Source: an uncultured Gemmatimonadota bacterium
GTDB lineage: Bacteria; Gemmatimonadota; Gemmatimonadetes; Gemmatimonadales; Gemmatimonadaceae
Direction of reading: 5' to 3'
DNA: 49,203 nucleotides
Assembly: GCA_903876745.1 (NCBI GenBank)
Contig: CAIRBD010000066.1
Coordinates: 1 to 49,203, forward strand
The translations under genes were made by a program, and so were the position numbers. Each line of letters opens with the position of its first letter. Positions within the stretch are counted from its first letter, which is position 1. This document shows, piece after piece, positions 1 through 8,544 of this stretch. The notes under the pieces are model-generated. The model ran no database searches and had not been told where the DNA came from. It worked only from the letters and a program-made list of their open reading frames with translations.

Positions 1-1083
1 ACTGACGTGTTTTAATGGAGATGATACAGCGATAAGGAAGTGAACTTATTGTGAGGTATCGGCAACGCTGTGCAGGCGGGGTTGTCAAACCACTCTTAGC
101 TGCAAAAGGTGTAAACTGCCTGTGGTGAACGTTAAGAGAAAAGGCTGGTTAAACAGTCAGGTAATCTGTTGGGAGGTGACCGCAAGGGAATCGTCGATGA
201 AGTATCGAAACTCACCTTATGGAGAAAACCTACTCGTGCTAAGGAGTAAGGGACAAGCATGACGGCAACCTGTTTACTGGTCATGTCTCCGTCGGTATAC
301 AGACGACACGAACCAACGGAAGGCTTCGTTAAAGAACTTGGGAGAGCCACCTGTAAGGGAATAACGTAAACTTGAAACGTTATCAGGTGGCAGTCGGACT
401 AATCCATAGTAGTGAAGACGGCAGATGAAAGTTTGCAAGAGCGAAGGGATTGGGTTATCAAGTGAATATTCGCAAGAACAACTGAAAAGAAAGGAGGATT
501 TAAGATGAATGTACACGTAACAAAAACAGTACCCATAGAATTAGAGTGGGTTGTAGCGGCTTATTGGAAGGTACGTCAGGGCGGTAAAGCGGTAGGTATA
601 GACGAAGAAAGTTGGGCGGAGTTCGACAAGAATTACATGAACAACTGCTACGTTATATGGAACAGGCTAGCGTCAGGGAGTTATCTGCCACAGGCAGTGA
701 GAGCAGTTGAGATACCGAAGAAGGATGGTACGAAACGCAAGTTGGGGATACCGACCTTGCGAGACCGTATAGCTCAAGCCGTAGTCAAGGAGTATATGGA
801 GCAACGAATTGACCATCTTTTTCACGAGCATTCTTATGGCTATCGACCGATGAAAAGTGCGCATGATGCACTCATGACAATTAAAGATAATTGTATCAGT
901 AAAGATTGGGTGATAGACATGGACATCAGCAAGTTCTTCGATGAGATAGACCATGAAGTAATGTTAAAAGCAGTGACGCACATATTGCCAAATGACAAAT
1001 GGGTGTTAATGTATGTGAAACGCTGGTTGGAGATGCCCATAAAGGAGGTAGATGGAACGATAACGCAAAAGTCACGGAACTGA
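1..1083 (+). mobile_element. Group II intron, 5' portion only (ribozyme sequence upstream of the ORF plus the N-terminal part of the intron-encoded protein); 3' part absent
   Basis: Visibly AT-rich block, unlike the rest of the window. A 504-nt untranslated leader ends in a strong SD (aaaggagg) 8 nt before the ATG at 505. The ORF is a clear group II intron RT. No domain V/VI-like sequence follows. Composition switches to GC-rich at about 1083-1100. Confidence 0.8.
505..1083 (+). pseudogene. Truncated group II intron reverse transcriptase/maturase (N-terminal 192 aa only)
   Basis: The translation carries the typical IEP N-terminus and RT motifs 0-3: AYWKVRQGGKAVGIDEESW, WNRLASGSYLPQAVRAVEIPKKDGTKRKLGIPTLRDRIAQ, SYGYRPMKSAHDAL, WVIDMDISKFFDEIDH, KWVLMYVKRWL. 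The ORF stops just before the expected GTPQGG motif. The YADD motif and the X and En domains are missing. Confidence 0.85.
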
Positions 1084-1215
1084 GCCACAGCACGGCGGCA
1101 GTGATTGCCACCCCGAAGACGAACGGCTTCGATCGGTACAGCGGACGGGGCGGACGATCCATGCGGGCAAACTACTCGGACGGCGCCGCGCGCGGGAGGA
1201 ACTTGCCTCCCGGCG

Positions 1216-2613
1216 CTATACGACCGCGCGTGCTCCCGGTTCGGGACAGTGGACGCGATATCCGTCGCTGCGCAGGGTCTCCGAGAAGGCCTCTTGCGAC
1301 ACGGTCTCTCCATGGACGAGCCACACATCACCCAGCGCCGGTGATTGGGCTCGCACCGCATCGATCCACGAGCGAAGTTCACTGCGGTCGGCATGCGCGC
1401 TGTATCCGCCGATCACGGCGACCTGCGCCTTCAGTGGGATCTCATCGCCGAACACGCGGACCACGCTCTGGCGTTCGACGATGCGCCGCCCAAGGGTGTG
1501 CTCCGCCATGAAACCGACCACGAGAACCGTGTTGCGTGCATCGGAGATGCCATTCAGTAGGTGATGCAGGATGCGGCCTGATTCTGCCATCCCCGAAGCT
1601 GCGATGATGACCATCGGTCCGCCCTGATGGTTCAATGCCTTCGATTCCTCTATCGACTCGGTGAACCGTAACAACGGGAAGGCGAACAGCCCTTCGCTCG
1701 AATCTCGGTGCGAACGCACCATCGGTTCGCTCTCGTCGAACACCTCGCGATGCGCGGCGAACACCGTGGTGGCCCGCGACGCCAGTGGACTGTCGATGAT
1801 GATCGGCAGCCGCGGGATCACTCCGGCATCGACCAGTTGATGGAGGTCGTAGACGAGTTCCTGCGTACGTCCCACGGCGAAGGCCGGGATGAGCACCTTG
1901 CCGCCCCGCGCCGCCGTCTCCTTCACGACGCGGGCGAGATCGTCTTTGGCCCCAAGGACGCTCGTGTGGTCGCGATTGCCATAAGTGCTCTCCATCAGGA
2001 CGGTGTGGGCGCCAGCCGGCGGCGATGGATCCCGAATGATCGGCAGCCCGGACCGCCCGATGTCACCGCTGAAGACCAGCCGCCGCGTCGCACCGTGTTC
2101 CGTGCAGTCAAGTACGATCGACGCGGAGCCAAGGATGTGCCCCGCATCGACGAACGTGGCCACGGCTCCCGGGCTCACGTCCACCGGACGGTCGTACCGG
2201 ACGCCGCGCATCAGCGACATGGTCCGTTCGACGTCGTCGTTGTCGTAGAGCGGCGCGAGGTGCTCCTGCCGGCGCCGCGACAGGTACTCCGCATCCTTCA
2301 TCTGGATGTGCGCCGAGTCGGCGAGCATGATCTCGCACAGGTCGACCGTCGCTTTCGTGGCGAAGATCGGGCCGCGATACCCCGCCCGCACCAGCAGCGG
2401 CAACCGCCCGGCATGATCGATGTGGGCGTGCGAGAGCACCACCGCGTCGATGTGGTGCACGTCGACGGGCAGTGTCCGGTTCTTCCGGTGGACGTCGGCG
2501 CGACGCCCTTGATGCAGCCCGCAGTCCAGCAGCACGGTGCGGCCGTTCACGTGCACGACATGGCACGATCCGGTCACTTCGCGGGCGGCGCCCGAGAACA
2601 GGATCTCGGTCAC
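1216..2613 (-). CDS. MBL-fold metallo-hydrolase of the beta-CASP (RNA-metabolising, CPSF73/RNase J-like) family
   Basis: 465 aa. The N-terminus reads [15 protein letters not shown]...LLDCG and includes the HxHxDH motif ([13 protein letters not shown]). Length and downstream conservation are typical of bacterial beta-CASP proteins. Confidence 0.85.
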   Translation of the reverse strand: MTEILFSGAAREVTGSCHVVHVNGRTVLLDCGLHQGRRADVHRKNRTLPVDVHHIDAVVLSHAHIDHAGRLPLLVRAGYRGPIFATKATVDLCEIMLADSAHIQMKDAEYLSRRRQEHLAPLYDNDDVERTMSLMRGVRYDRPVDVSPGAVATFVDAGHILGSASIVLDCTEHGATRRLVFSGDIGRSGLPIIRDPSPPAGAHTVLMESTYGNRDHTSVLGAKDDLARVVKETAARGGKVLIPAFAVGRTQELVYDLHQLVDAGVIPRLPIIIDSPLASRATTVFAAHREVFDESEPMVRSHRDSSEGLFAFPLLRFTESIEESKALNHQGGPMVIIAASGMAESGRILHHLLNGISDARNTVLVVGFMAEHTLGRRIVERQSVVRVFGDEIPLKAQVAVIGGYSAHADRSELRSWIDAVRAQSPALGDVWLVHGETVSQEAFSETLRSDGYRVHCPEPGARAVV

Positions 2614-2623
2614 GCGCCGGCGG

Positions 2624-2800
2624 TCAACGGTCCGGCTGCGCGCGGCGTGCGAACACCACCGTCATGCGGGTGGTATCCTGGGACATCATCGCCGGCTCCC
2701 AGCCCCCGCGACTGCGTTCGTTCAGCAGGTCGGTGAGCGAATCTTCGTCCTCGCGCGCATGGCGGGTGCGGCGCAGGATCACGGCTTGGTATTCTTTCAT
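2624..2800 (-). CDS. Small hypothetical protein (58 aa), possibly DUF4177-like
   Basis: This is the C-terminal part of the 2624..3688 track ORF, starting at ATG 2798-2800 ([37 protein letters not shown]...). It lies 10 nt upstream of the MBL gene on the same strand. The longer track ORF is antisense to upp and is spurious. Confidence 0.45.
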   Translation of the reverse strand: MKEYQAVILRRTRHAREDEDSLTDLLNERSRGGWEPAMMSQDTTRMTVVFARRAQPDR

Positions 2801-2827
2801 ATCCGCGATAATACTAGACTCCACGCC

Positions 2828-3475
2828 ATGCCGACTACCCCTTCGCTTCCCGGCCTTACCCTGGTGCGCCACCCGTTGGTGCAGCACAAGGTCTCCCTTC
2901 TGCGCGATCGCTCGACGCCCACGAAGATCTTCAAGGAGCTCGTCGACGAGATCGCGATGCTCATGGCGTACGAGGCGACGATCGACCTGCCCCTCGAACC
3001 CGTGGACGTCGAAACGCCCCTCGAGCGGACCGTCGGCCAGCGTGTCGCGGGCAAGAAACTCACACTCGTGCCCATTCTTCGCGCCGGACTCGGGATGGTC
3101 GACGGGATCCTCAAACTCGTGCCGTCCGCGCGGGTCGGGCATATCGGGCTCTACCGGGACCACGACACGCTCGAGCCCGTCGACTACTACTTCAAGATCC
3201 CCGGCGAAGCCGGCGAACGCGATTTTCTCGTGCTCGATCCGATGCTCGCCACGGGCGGCAGCGCGGTGTCCGCGATCAGCGCGCTGAAACGCGCCGGCGC
3301 CGCACGCATTCGCTTTCTCTGCCTGGTGGCGGCACCCGCAGGCGTCACGCGCGTGCACGAAGCGCATCCGGACGTGCCCATCTTCTGCGCCGCGCTCGAC
3401 CGCCAGCTCAACGAACACGGCTACATCCTCCCCGGGCTCGGTGATGCGGGCGATCGCCTGTTCGGAACCCGCTGA
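2828..3475 (+). CDS. upp: Uracil phosphoribosyltransferase
   Basis: Starts at ATG 2828 ([27 protein letters not shown]...). Contains the PRPP-binding loop [12 protein letters not shown] and the C-terminal [16 protein letters not shown] signature of Upp. Confidence 0.93.
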   Translation: MPTTPSLPGLTLVRHPLVQHKVSLLRDRSTPTKIFKELVDEIAMLMAYEATIDLPLEPVDVETPLERTVGQRVAGKKLTLVPILRAGLGMVDGILKLVPSARVGHIGLYRDHDTLEPVDYYFKIPGEAGERDFLVLDPMLATGGSAVSAISALKRAGAARIRFLCLVAAPAGVTRVHEAHPDVPIFCAALDRQLNEHGYILPGLGDAGDRLFGTR

Positions 3476-3641
3476 GCTCGCACACGCCAACACAAGAGCC
3501 TGAAGACGTCTGAACCGGTTCCGTGTCGGCATGCACGACCAGCTTGCTTTCGCGTATACTTGTTCGCAATCACGTGTGTGTCCATATTCTCTGCGCATGC
3601 CCGATGTCGGGCTGCGCAGCTCGCATGTCCCGCACCCATCA

Positions 3642-4580
3642 ATGCTGATCAACCTGCTGCCGGATTTCTTTGCGGTTCTGCAAAGCACGGAACCCGTGGC
3701 GGCATACCACCGCTATATGGCGGCCCATCGCGCGATTCTCGACGCGTACTGGCACAATTACGTCATCGAGCCGGCTGGTCCGCACTTTGATGATGTGGTG
3801 AACGACACGGTCACGGCCGACCGCGATGATCTGCACGCGATGCTCGCGCGGACCGACGTGGTGGCCCTCGCACGGACCGCAGAGGAACAGTGTCGTCAGC
3901 TCTTTGAGATCGACAGTCACATCGACGTCGTCCTCATGGTCGGCGTCGGTGCGGCCAACGCGGGGGAGCTCGTCGTCAACGGGCGTGGCGTGGCGTTCGT
4001 CTGCCTTGAACATTTCACCGGCGCGACGAATCCCACCACACACGCCCTCGGACTCGACCCCGAACTGCTCCCGATGTGGATCGCCCATGAGATCGCCCAC
4101 TGCGTGCGGTACACATCGCCCCAGAGCCGAAGCGAGATGCGCCAACTCGTGGCGGAGGCCGGGGGCAATTATTCGTACTGGGAAACGGGACGCAGTGCCA
4201 CGCTCCGGGAGCTGGTGGTGAACGAAGGACTGGCGGTGCAGGCCGCACGACGCCTGAGTCCCGGGCACGCACCGTGGGAGTATTTCGGCTATCACCGCAA
4301 ACAGTACGCGCGCATCCGCGAGCTCGAAGCGGTGCTTTCCCGTGCTGTTGCCGACGATCTCGACCGCGCCGGCCTCGGCCTGCGATTGCGCTACCTCTCG
4401 GGTGGCATGAGCGACGAGGCGCGCACGGTCCAGCGGCATGTCCTGCCTGAGCGCGGTGGCTACTTCCTCGGCGCGCGAATGGTGGAGGACGCCATCGCGG
4501 AGAAGGGGCTCCCGTGGGCCCTCCGCGCCGGAGCGCTGGAACTGCAGTCGGTCTCCGACTCGGCCGCGCGCACCGCGTAG
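3642..4580 (+). CDS. Putative Zn-dependent protease, DUF2268-like (HExxH)
   Basis: Contains an HEIAH motif (WIAHEIAHCVRY) in a roughly 310-aa soluble protein. The start is uncertain: ATG 3642 (MLINLL) is preferred over upstream in-frame ATGs at 3531 and 3597. Confidence 0.6.
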   Translation: MLINLLPDFFAVLQSTEPVAAYHRYMAAHRAILDAYWHNYVIEPAGPHFDDVVNDTVTADRDDLHAMLARTDVVALARTAEEQCRQLFEIDSHIDVVLMVGVGAANAGELVVNGRGVAFVCLEHFTGATNPTTHALGLDPELLPMWIAHEIAHCVRYTSPQSRSEMRQLVAEAGGNYSYWETGRSATLRELVVNEGLAVQAARRLSPGHAPWEYFGYHRKQYARIRELEAVLSRAVADDLDRAGLGLRLRYLSGGMSDEARTVQRHVLPERGGYFLGARMVEDAIAEKGLPWALRAGALELQSVSDSAARTA

Positions 4581-4593
4581 GCCGGACGCTGCG

Positions 4594-6000
4594 TCACTTC
4601 CCGACGCAGAAACTCGCGAACACCCTCGCGAAGACGTCCTCGACGTCCACCACGCCGATGAGTTCGTCCAGCGCATGCACGGCCGCGCGCACGTGCACCG
4701 ACGCCACCGGCGCTGGCAGCGCATCCATGGCCCAAGCCTCGCGAAACATCCCGAGTTCGTCGCGCGCGCGCGTCAGCGCCGCGCGGTGGCGCGCGCGCGT
4801 CACGAGGGGGACCTCCGCCGGCGGCGCGGTGACGCTCGTCGCCACCGCCTGCGTGATCGCGTCCAACAGCGCCTGCAACCCCGTCCCTTCCATGGCGCTC
4901 ACCGCGATCACGGGGAACGACGTGGTCGCTGTTTCGTATCTCTGTGATACTAAATCACACTTCGTCAGGGCCCCGACACGGGGCGCCTCCGTGAATCCCG
5001 CGATGGTCGCGGCGCCGCGCGTCAGTTCGTCGGGGCGTTCGGCGCATACCACCACCACGTGCGCACGGGCGAGATAGCGCGCGCTCACCTCCACGCCCAG
5101 TCGCTCCACGGGATCGTCACTCTCCCGAAGTCCCGCCGTATCGACGAGGCGAAGGGGCCAGGGATCGTGCTCGAGCAGCACCTCGACCGCGTCCCGCGTC
5201 GTGCCCGGCATGTCGCTCACGATGACGCGAGACTCGCCGACGAGGGCATTCAGCAGCGACGACTTTCCGGCGTTCGGCGGTCCCGCCAGGACGATGGTGG
5301 CGCCGTCACGTCCCAACTGCGCCGCCGGTACCGTGGCCAGCAGGGCATCGAGACGCGCAAGCAGGGCGCCGCACGCCGCGTCGATCCTCTCCCTCGGCAG
5401 CGCGCCGGCATCCTCCTCGGGAAAGTCGATGTCGAACGCGAGGAGTGCGTCGAGTTCGATGACGGCGCTTCGCAACGCCTCGAATTGGCGCGAAAGGGTC
5501 CCCGACAGGTGCTCCATGGCCACGCGGTGCTGCGCCCGAGAGCGCGAATCGATGAGGTCGGCGATCGCCTCAGCGCGCACGAGGTCGAGTTTGCCATTGA
5601 GCACCGCGCGTTCGGTGAACTCGCCGGGCGCCGCCGGACGGGCGCCGGCGGCGACGAGCGCCGCGAGCACCGCCTGCGGCACGTAGCTGCCGCCGTGCGT
5701 GGAGATCTCGACGACCGTTTCCCCGGTGTATGAGTGCGGCGCCGGGAATACCGTCGCGAGCGCATCATCCAGGACGTCGCCGGAGGTCGGATCGCGCACT
5801 ATCACTCGGGTGGCCGAACGCGGCACGCTTGGCCAGGGCCGACACACTTGCCGGCCGATCCGCTCGGCGCCGACGCCGCTCAGTCGCACGATGGCGACTG
5901 CCCCGCGTCCCGGCGCACTCGACAGTGCGGCGATCGTATCGCCGCGTACGAGCGCGCCGGGCGTCGTCACCTCAGGTGGTCGCCGCCTTGGCCCGCTCAT
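4594..6000 (-). CDS. mnmE: tRNA modification GTPase MnmE
   Basis: N-terminal DTIAALSSAPGRGAVAIVRLSG, G-domain GPPNAGKSSLLNAL / DMPGTTRD / DTAGLR, and the C-terminal CVGK tetrapeptide (CIGK-type). Conserved position downstream of yidC. Confidence 0.95.
   Translation of the reverse strand: MSGPRRRPPEVTTPGALVRGDTIAALSSAPGRGAVAIVRLSGVGAERIGRQVCRPWPSVPRSATRVIVRDPTSGDVLDDALATVFPAPHSYTGETVVEISTHGGSYVPQAVLAALVAAGARPAAPGEFTERAVLNGKLDLVRAEAIADLIDSRSRAQHRVAMEHLSGTLSRQFEALRSAVIELDALLAFDIDFPEEDAGALPRERIDAACGALLARLDALLATVPAAQLGRDGATIVLAGPPNAGKSSLLNALVGESRVIVSDMPGTTRDAVEVLLEHDPWPLRLVDTAGLRESDDPVERLGVEVSARYLARAHVVVVCAERPDELTRGAATIAGFTEAPRVGALTKCDLVSQRYETATTSFPVIAVSAMEGTGLQALLDAITQAVATSVTAPPAEVPLVTRARHRAALTRARDELGMFREAWAMDALPAPVASVHVRAAVHALDELIGVVDVEDVFARVFASFCVGK
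4932..4954. repeat. 23-bp near-perfect palindrome TTTCGTATC-tctgt-GATACTAAA inside mnmE
   Basis: Arms match 8/9. It contains the 11-mer TGATACTAAAT, which recurs at 32132-32142. The local patch 4931-4963 is 12/33 G+C by count. Confidence 0.6.
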
Positions 6001-7624
6001 TGGCGATCAACCACTGCTGCGGCAACGCGGCGAGATTCTGGATGAAATAGTAGAGACTGAGACCCGCGGCGGAGTTCAGCAGAACCATCGTGAGCATCGC
6101 CGGGAACATCCACGCCATCATCTTCGCCTGCGGATTGGGCGGCGCGTTGCGCATGCCGATCCACGACAACACCGCCATCGACGCGCCCATCGCCAGCGGC
6201 AGAATGTAGATCGGGTCGGCCAGCGAGATGTCGTGAAGCCACAGGAACGGCACACCGCGGAACTCGATGGTGTTCTGGAACACGAAGAACAACGCCATCA
6301 GCACGGGCATCGGTATGAGCGCCGGCAAACAGCCCGCCAGTGGACTGAATGGACTCATGCCGTGTTCTCGGTACACCCGCATGATCTCCTGTTGCTGCTT
6401 CTGCGGATCACTTTTGAACTTGGCCTGCACGGCCTGCAACTCCGGCTGAAGCCGTTGCATCTTGATGCTCGAACGCATCGCCGACTGGTTCAGCGGCCAC
6501 ATGATCAGGCGGACCGCCACGCCGAAGATGACGAGCACCCATCCGTAGTCGAGACGGACCGTCTTCTTCATCCACAACAGCATGCGCATCACGATCGTCG
6601 AGAAAGGCTGGACGATCGGCTGCAGCCAGCCGCCGTACGGGTTGGCAGTCTCGAACTCGCGCCCCATCTTCACCAGCCGCTGCCACGACTGCGGACCGGC
6701 ATAGAGCTCGAACTCAGCCCGGCCGTTGTCGAGCGCCATCACCGCGGTCGCCGATCCGTGTGTCGCCTGCTTGCGGATGCGGGGACCGCCCTCGAGATGC
6801 ACCTCGGCAAACGGCTTGCCACCCTGTGGGGTGAGCAGACCGACGAGAAAGTACTTGTCCTTCGCCACGACCCACGTGAGCGGACCCGCCTCAAGCTTCT
6901 TCTCGCCTTCATCCAGCTTGGCGAACGGCGTCCCGCGCGCATTCTGTGTCACGGGCTTCACTGAATACGCCAAAAGCCGCACATCGCCCACACTGTCGGC
7001 TTCTTGGGTGTCGAATCCGTGGGGAAGGTCCACTAACAAGAAAGCCGGACCGGTGAGCCCGCTGACGGAGACCGCCGTGCGCGCCACATACGAATCGCGC
7101 GCGAATCGGTACTGCACGCGCATCTCGGCGGTGCCTCGCATCGCCGTGAACGTCACCGACGTGTCGTTCGGCGCGCCCTCGCGTGCGACCGTGAACACAC
7201 TGCGATCGAACGCGATCGTGTCGGTCCCCGTGATGACCCGGTAGCGCAGGAGGGGCTCGCGCCCGTTCTTGAGCACCACGGGTCCGCGTGCGCCGGTGTT
7301 CAGCGCCGGATAGCTGTCGGCGCGCACCGCGAACGGCGCCGCGCCGAGCGTGCTGAATGACACCGCACTCAGCGCCGTCTGCACGACGAGCGTCTCGGCG
7401 GGAGTTCCAGGCAACGCCGCCTGCGTGGGAGGTGCCGTCGGTGCGGCCACGGCACCTGCCGCCGTAGCCGCCGCGACCGGTGACGCCGGCGAGGCGGAGG
7501 CCGTCGCTGTCGAGTCTGACGCCGTCGCGATCGAGACCGGTGCCGGCTGCTTCGGTACGAGGAGCGGAGTCACCGCGACCACGATGCCCGTCAGCACGAG
7601 CGCCAGGAAAAAACGCTTTTCCAT
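5972..7624 (-). CDS. yidC: Membrane protein insertase YidC
   Basis: 550 aa with an N-terminal TM helix, a large periplasmic domain and the conserved C-terminal 60-kDa-IMP core (PLNQSAMRSSIKMQRLQPELQAVQAKF..., GCLPALIPMPVLMALF, FLWLHDISLADP). Its 3' end overlaps the mnmE start by 29 nt. Confidence 0.95.
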   Translation of the reverse strand: MEKRFFLALVLTGIVVAVTPLLVPKQPAPVSIATASDSTATASASPASPVAAATAAGAVAAPTAPPTQAALPGTPAETLVVQTALSAVSFSTLGAAPFAVRADSYPALNTGARGPVVLKNGREPLLRYRVITGTDTIAFDRSVFTVAREGAPNDTSVTFTAMRGTAEMRVQYRFARDSYVARTAVSVSGLTGPAFLLVDLPHGFDTQEADSVGDVRLLAYSVKPVTQNARGTPFAKLDEGEKKLEAGPLTWVVAKDKYFLVGLLTPQGGKPFAEVHLEGGPRIRKQATHGSATAVMALDNGRAEFELYAGPQSWQRLVKMGREFETANPYGGWLQPIVQPFSTIVMRMLLWMKKTVRLDYGWVLVIFGVAVRLIMWPLNQSAMRSSIKMQRLQPELQAVQAKFKSDPQKQQQEIMRVYREHGMSPFSPLAGCLPALIPMPVLMALFFVFQNTIEFRGVPFLWLHDISLADPIYILPLAMGASMAVLSWIGMRNAPPNPQAKMMAWMFPAMLTMVLLNSAAGLSLYYFIQNLAALPQQWLIANERAKAATT

Positions 7625-7642
7625 CAGCGAATCACACGAGAG

Positions 7643-7855
7643 TTAGGGGACCGGATCGAAACCGCCCGGACGAAACGGATGACACCGCGCGATCCGCCGC
7701 GCTGCCATCCAGCCGCCGCGCAACGCCCCGTGCTTCTTGAGCGCTTCGATCGCGTAGGCCGAACAGGTTGGATAATAGCGGCACGAGGGTGGCAAGAGGG
7801 GCGAGATCCCGACTTGATACGCGCGCACCATCAAGATGAAAACGTGCCGCATCAT
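7643..7855 (-). CDS. yidD: Membrane protein insertion efficiency factor YidD
   Basis: 70 aa containing [31 protein letters not shown], the canonical YidD signature. Overlaps the rnpA stop by 4 nt. Confidence 0.9.
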   Translation of the reverse strand: MMRHVFILMVRAYQVGISPLLPPSCRYYPTCSAYAIEALKKHGALRGGWMAARRIARCHPFRPGGFDPVP

Positions 7856-8193
7856 GCGGTACCGGGCGCCAGCACTTTCTCGCGCGCACGACGCACGGCA
7901 TCGCGCAACGTCTCGAAGCTGGCGTCGTATGCCGCAGGCGCGGCGCGAATGACCACATCCATGGGGCCAAGAAACGGCAGGATCTCAAGTCGCAACAGTT
8001 CGCGCAACCGACGCTTGACAAGATTGCGCTCGACGGAGTTGTGCGAATGCTTCGGCACCACGAGACCAACCCGGGGGTGACGCAAAAGGGAAGCGAGATA
8101 CCGAACCTCGAACACCGCGGTTCGGACCCGCTTCCCTTTCAGTCGAACGGCGTCGAGATGCGCAGCCCGCGTTAGCCGGGTAGCGCGCGACAA
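7852..8193 (-). CDS. rnpA: Ribonuclease P protein component
   Basis: 113-aa basic protein in the conserved position between rpmH and yidD. Contains a [20 protein letters not shown] (RNR-like) motif. TTG start in the track frame. Confidence 0.85.
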   Translation of the reverse strand: MSRATRLTRAAHLDAVRLKGKRVRTAVFEVRYLASLLRHPRVGLVVPKHSHNSVERNLVKRRLRELLRLEILPFLGPMDVVIRAAPAAYDASFETLRDAVRRAREKVLAPGTA

Positions 8194-8203
8194 CCCACGA
8201 CGC

Positions 8204-8368
8204 TTAGGCGCCAGCGTACTTCGACGGGAGCTTAACGGTGAGGCGCTTGCGCCCCTTCTTGCGGCGGCGGCTCAGCACTGCGCGGCCCCACTTGGTTTCC
8301 ATCCGCGTGCGAAAACCATGCGTCTTGATACGACGCTTGTTGCGCGGACGATACGTCGGCTTACCCAT
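8204..8368 (-). CDS. rpmH: 50S ribosomal protein L34
   Basis: Not in the ORF track because it is under 60 aa. Hand translation of the minus strand gives [61 protein letters not shown] lies 6 nt upstream. Classic rpmH-rnpA arrangement. Confidence 0.93.
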   Translation of the reverse strand: MGKPTYRPRNKRRIKTHGFRTRMETKWGRAVLSRRRKKGRKRLTVKLPSKYAGA

Positions 8369-8484
8369 GCAAACTCCAAAAGAAAACTGTGCGCGATTTT
8401 ACGAGAAGACAGACCGCTAAACGTATCGCTCTCCTAGAGATAGGTCAAGTCCACCCTTTCTGGCTTGCTATCTCGAGTATTGAC

Positions 8485-8493
8485 TTATCCACA
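8485..8493 (+). promoter_or_regulatory. Perfect consensus DnaA box (TTATCCACA) upstream of dnaA, abutting a TTGACT -35-like hexamer
   Basis: The sequence tatTGACTTATCCACAtcgg lies 52 nt upstream of the dnaA ATG in the rpmH-dnaA divergent intergenic region. Confidence 0.6.
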
Positions 8494-8544
8494 TCGGCAG
8501 GGGTACGTTCGCTCCCCGCTTTTGTACCGCCTCGCACACGCCAG

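Noticed and set aside
1075-1110. A +1/+2-frame reading across the intron/host junction gives GTEPQHGG then VIATP, suggesting that RT motif 4 (GTPQGGVISP) continues into the GC-rich DNA.
   Set aside because: It needs two codon insertions and two frameshifts within 40 nt, and no YADD or any other RT motif follows before the host gene at 1216. It is kept only as a hint about the exact breakpoint, not as evidence of a longer RT.
1708-2736. Long plus-strand ORF (342 aa) antisense to the MBL/beta-CASP gene. Similar long antisense or shadow ORFs occur elsewhere, e.g. 3639-4724(-), 5699-6964(+), 22908-23777(-), 33630-34421(-), 42585-43616(-) and 45228-46100(-).
   Set aside because: They are Arg/Pro/Gly/His-rich, low-complexity translations typical of off-frame reading of GC-rich genes. 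Each overlaps a gene with clear family motifs on the other strand or frame.
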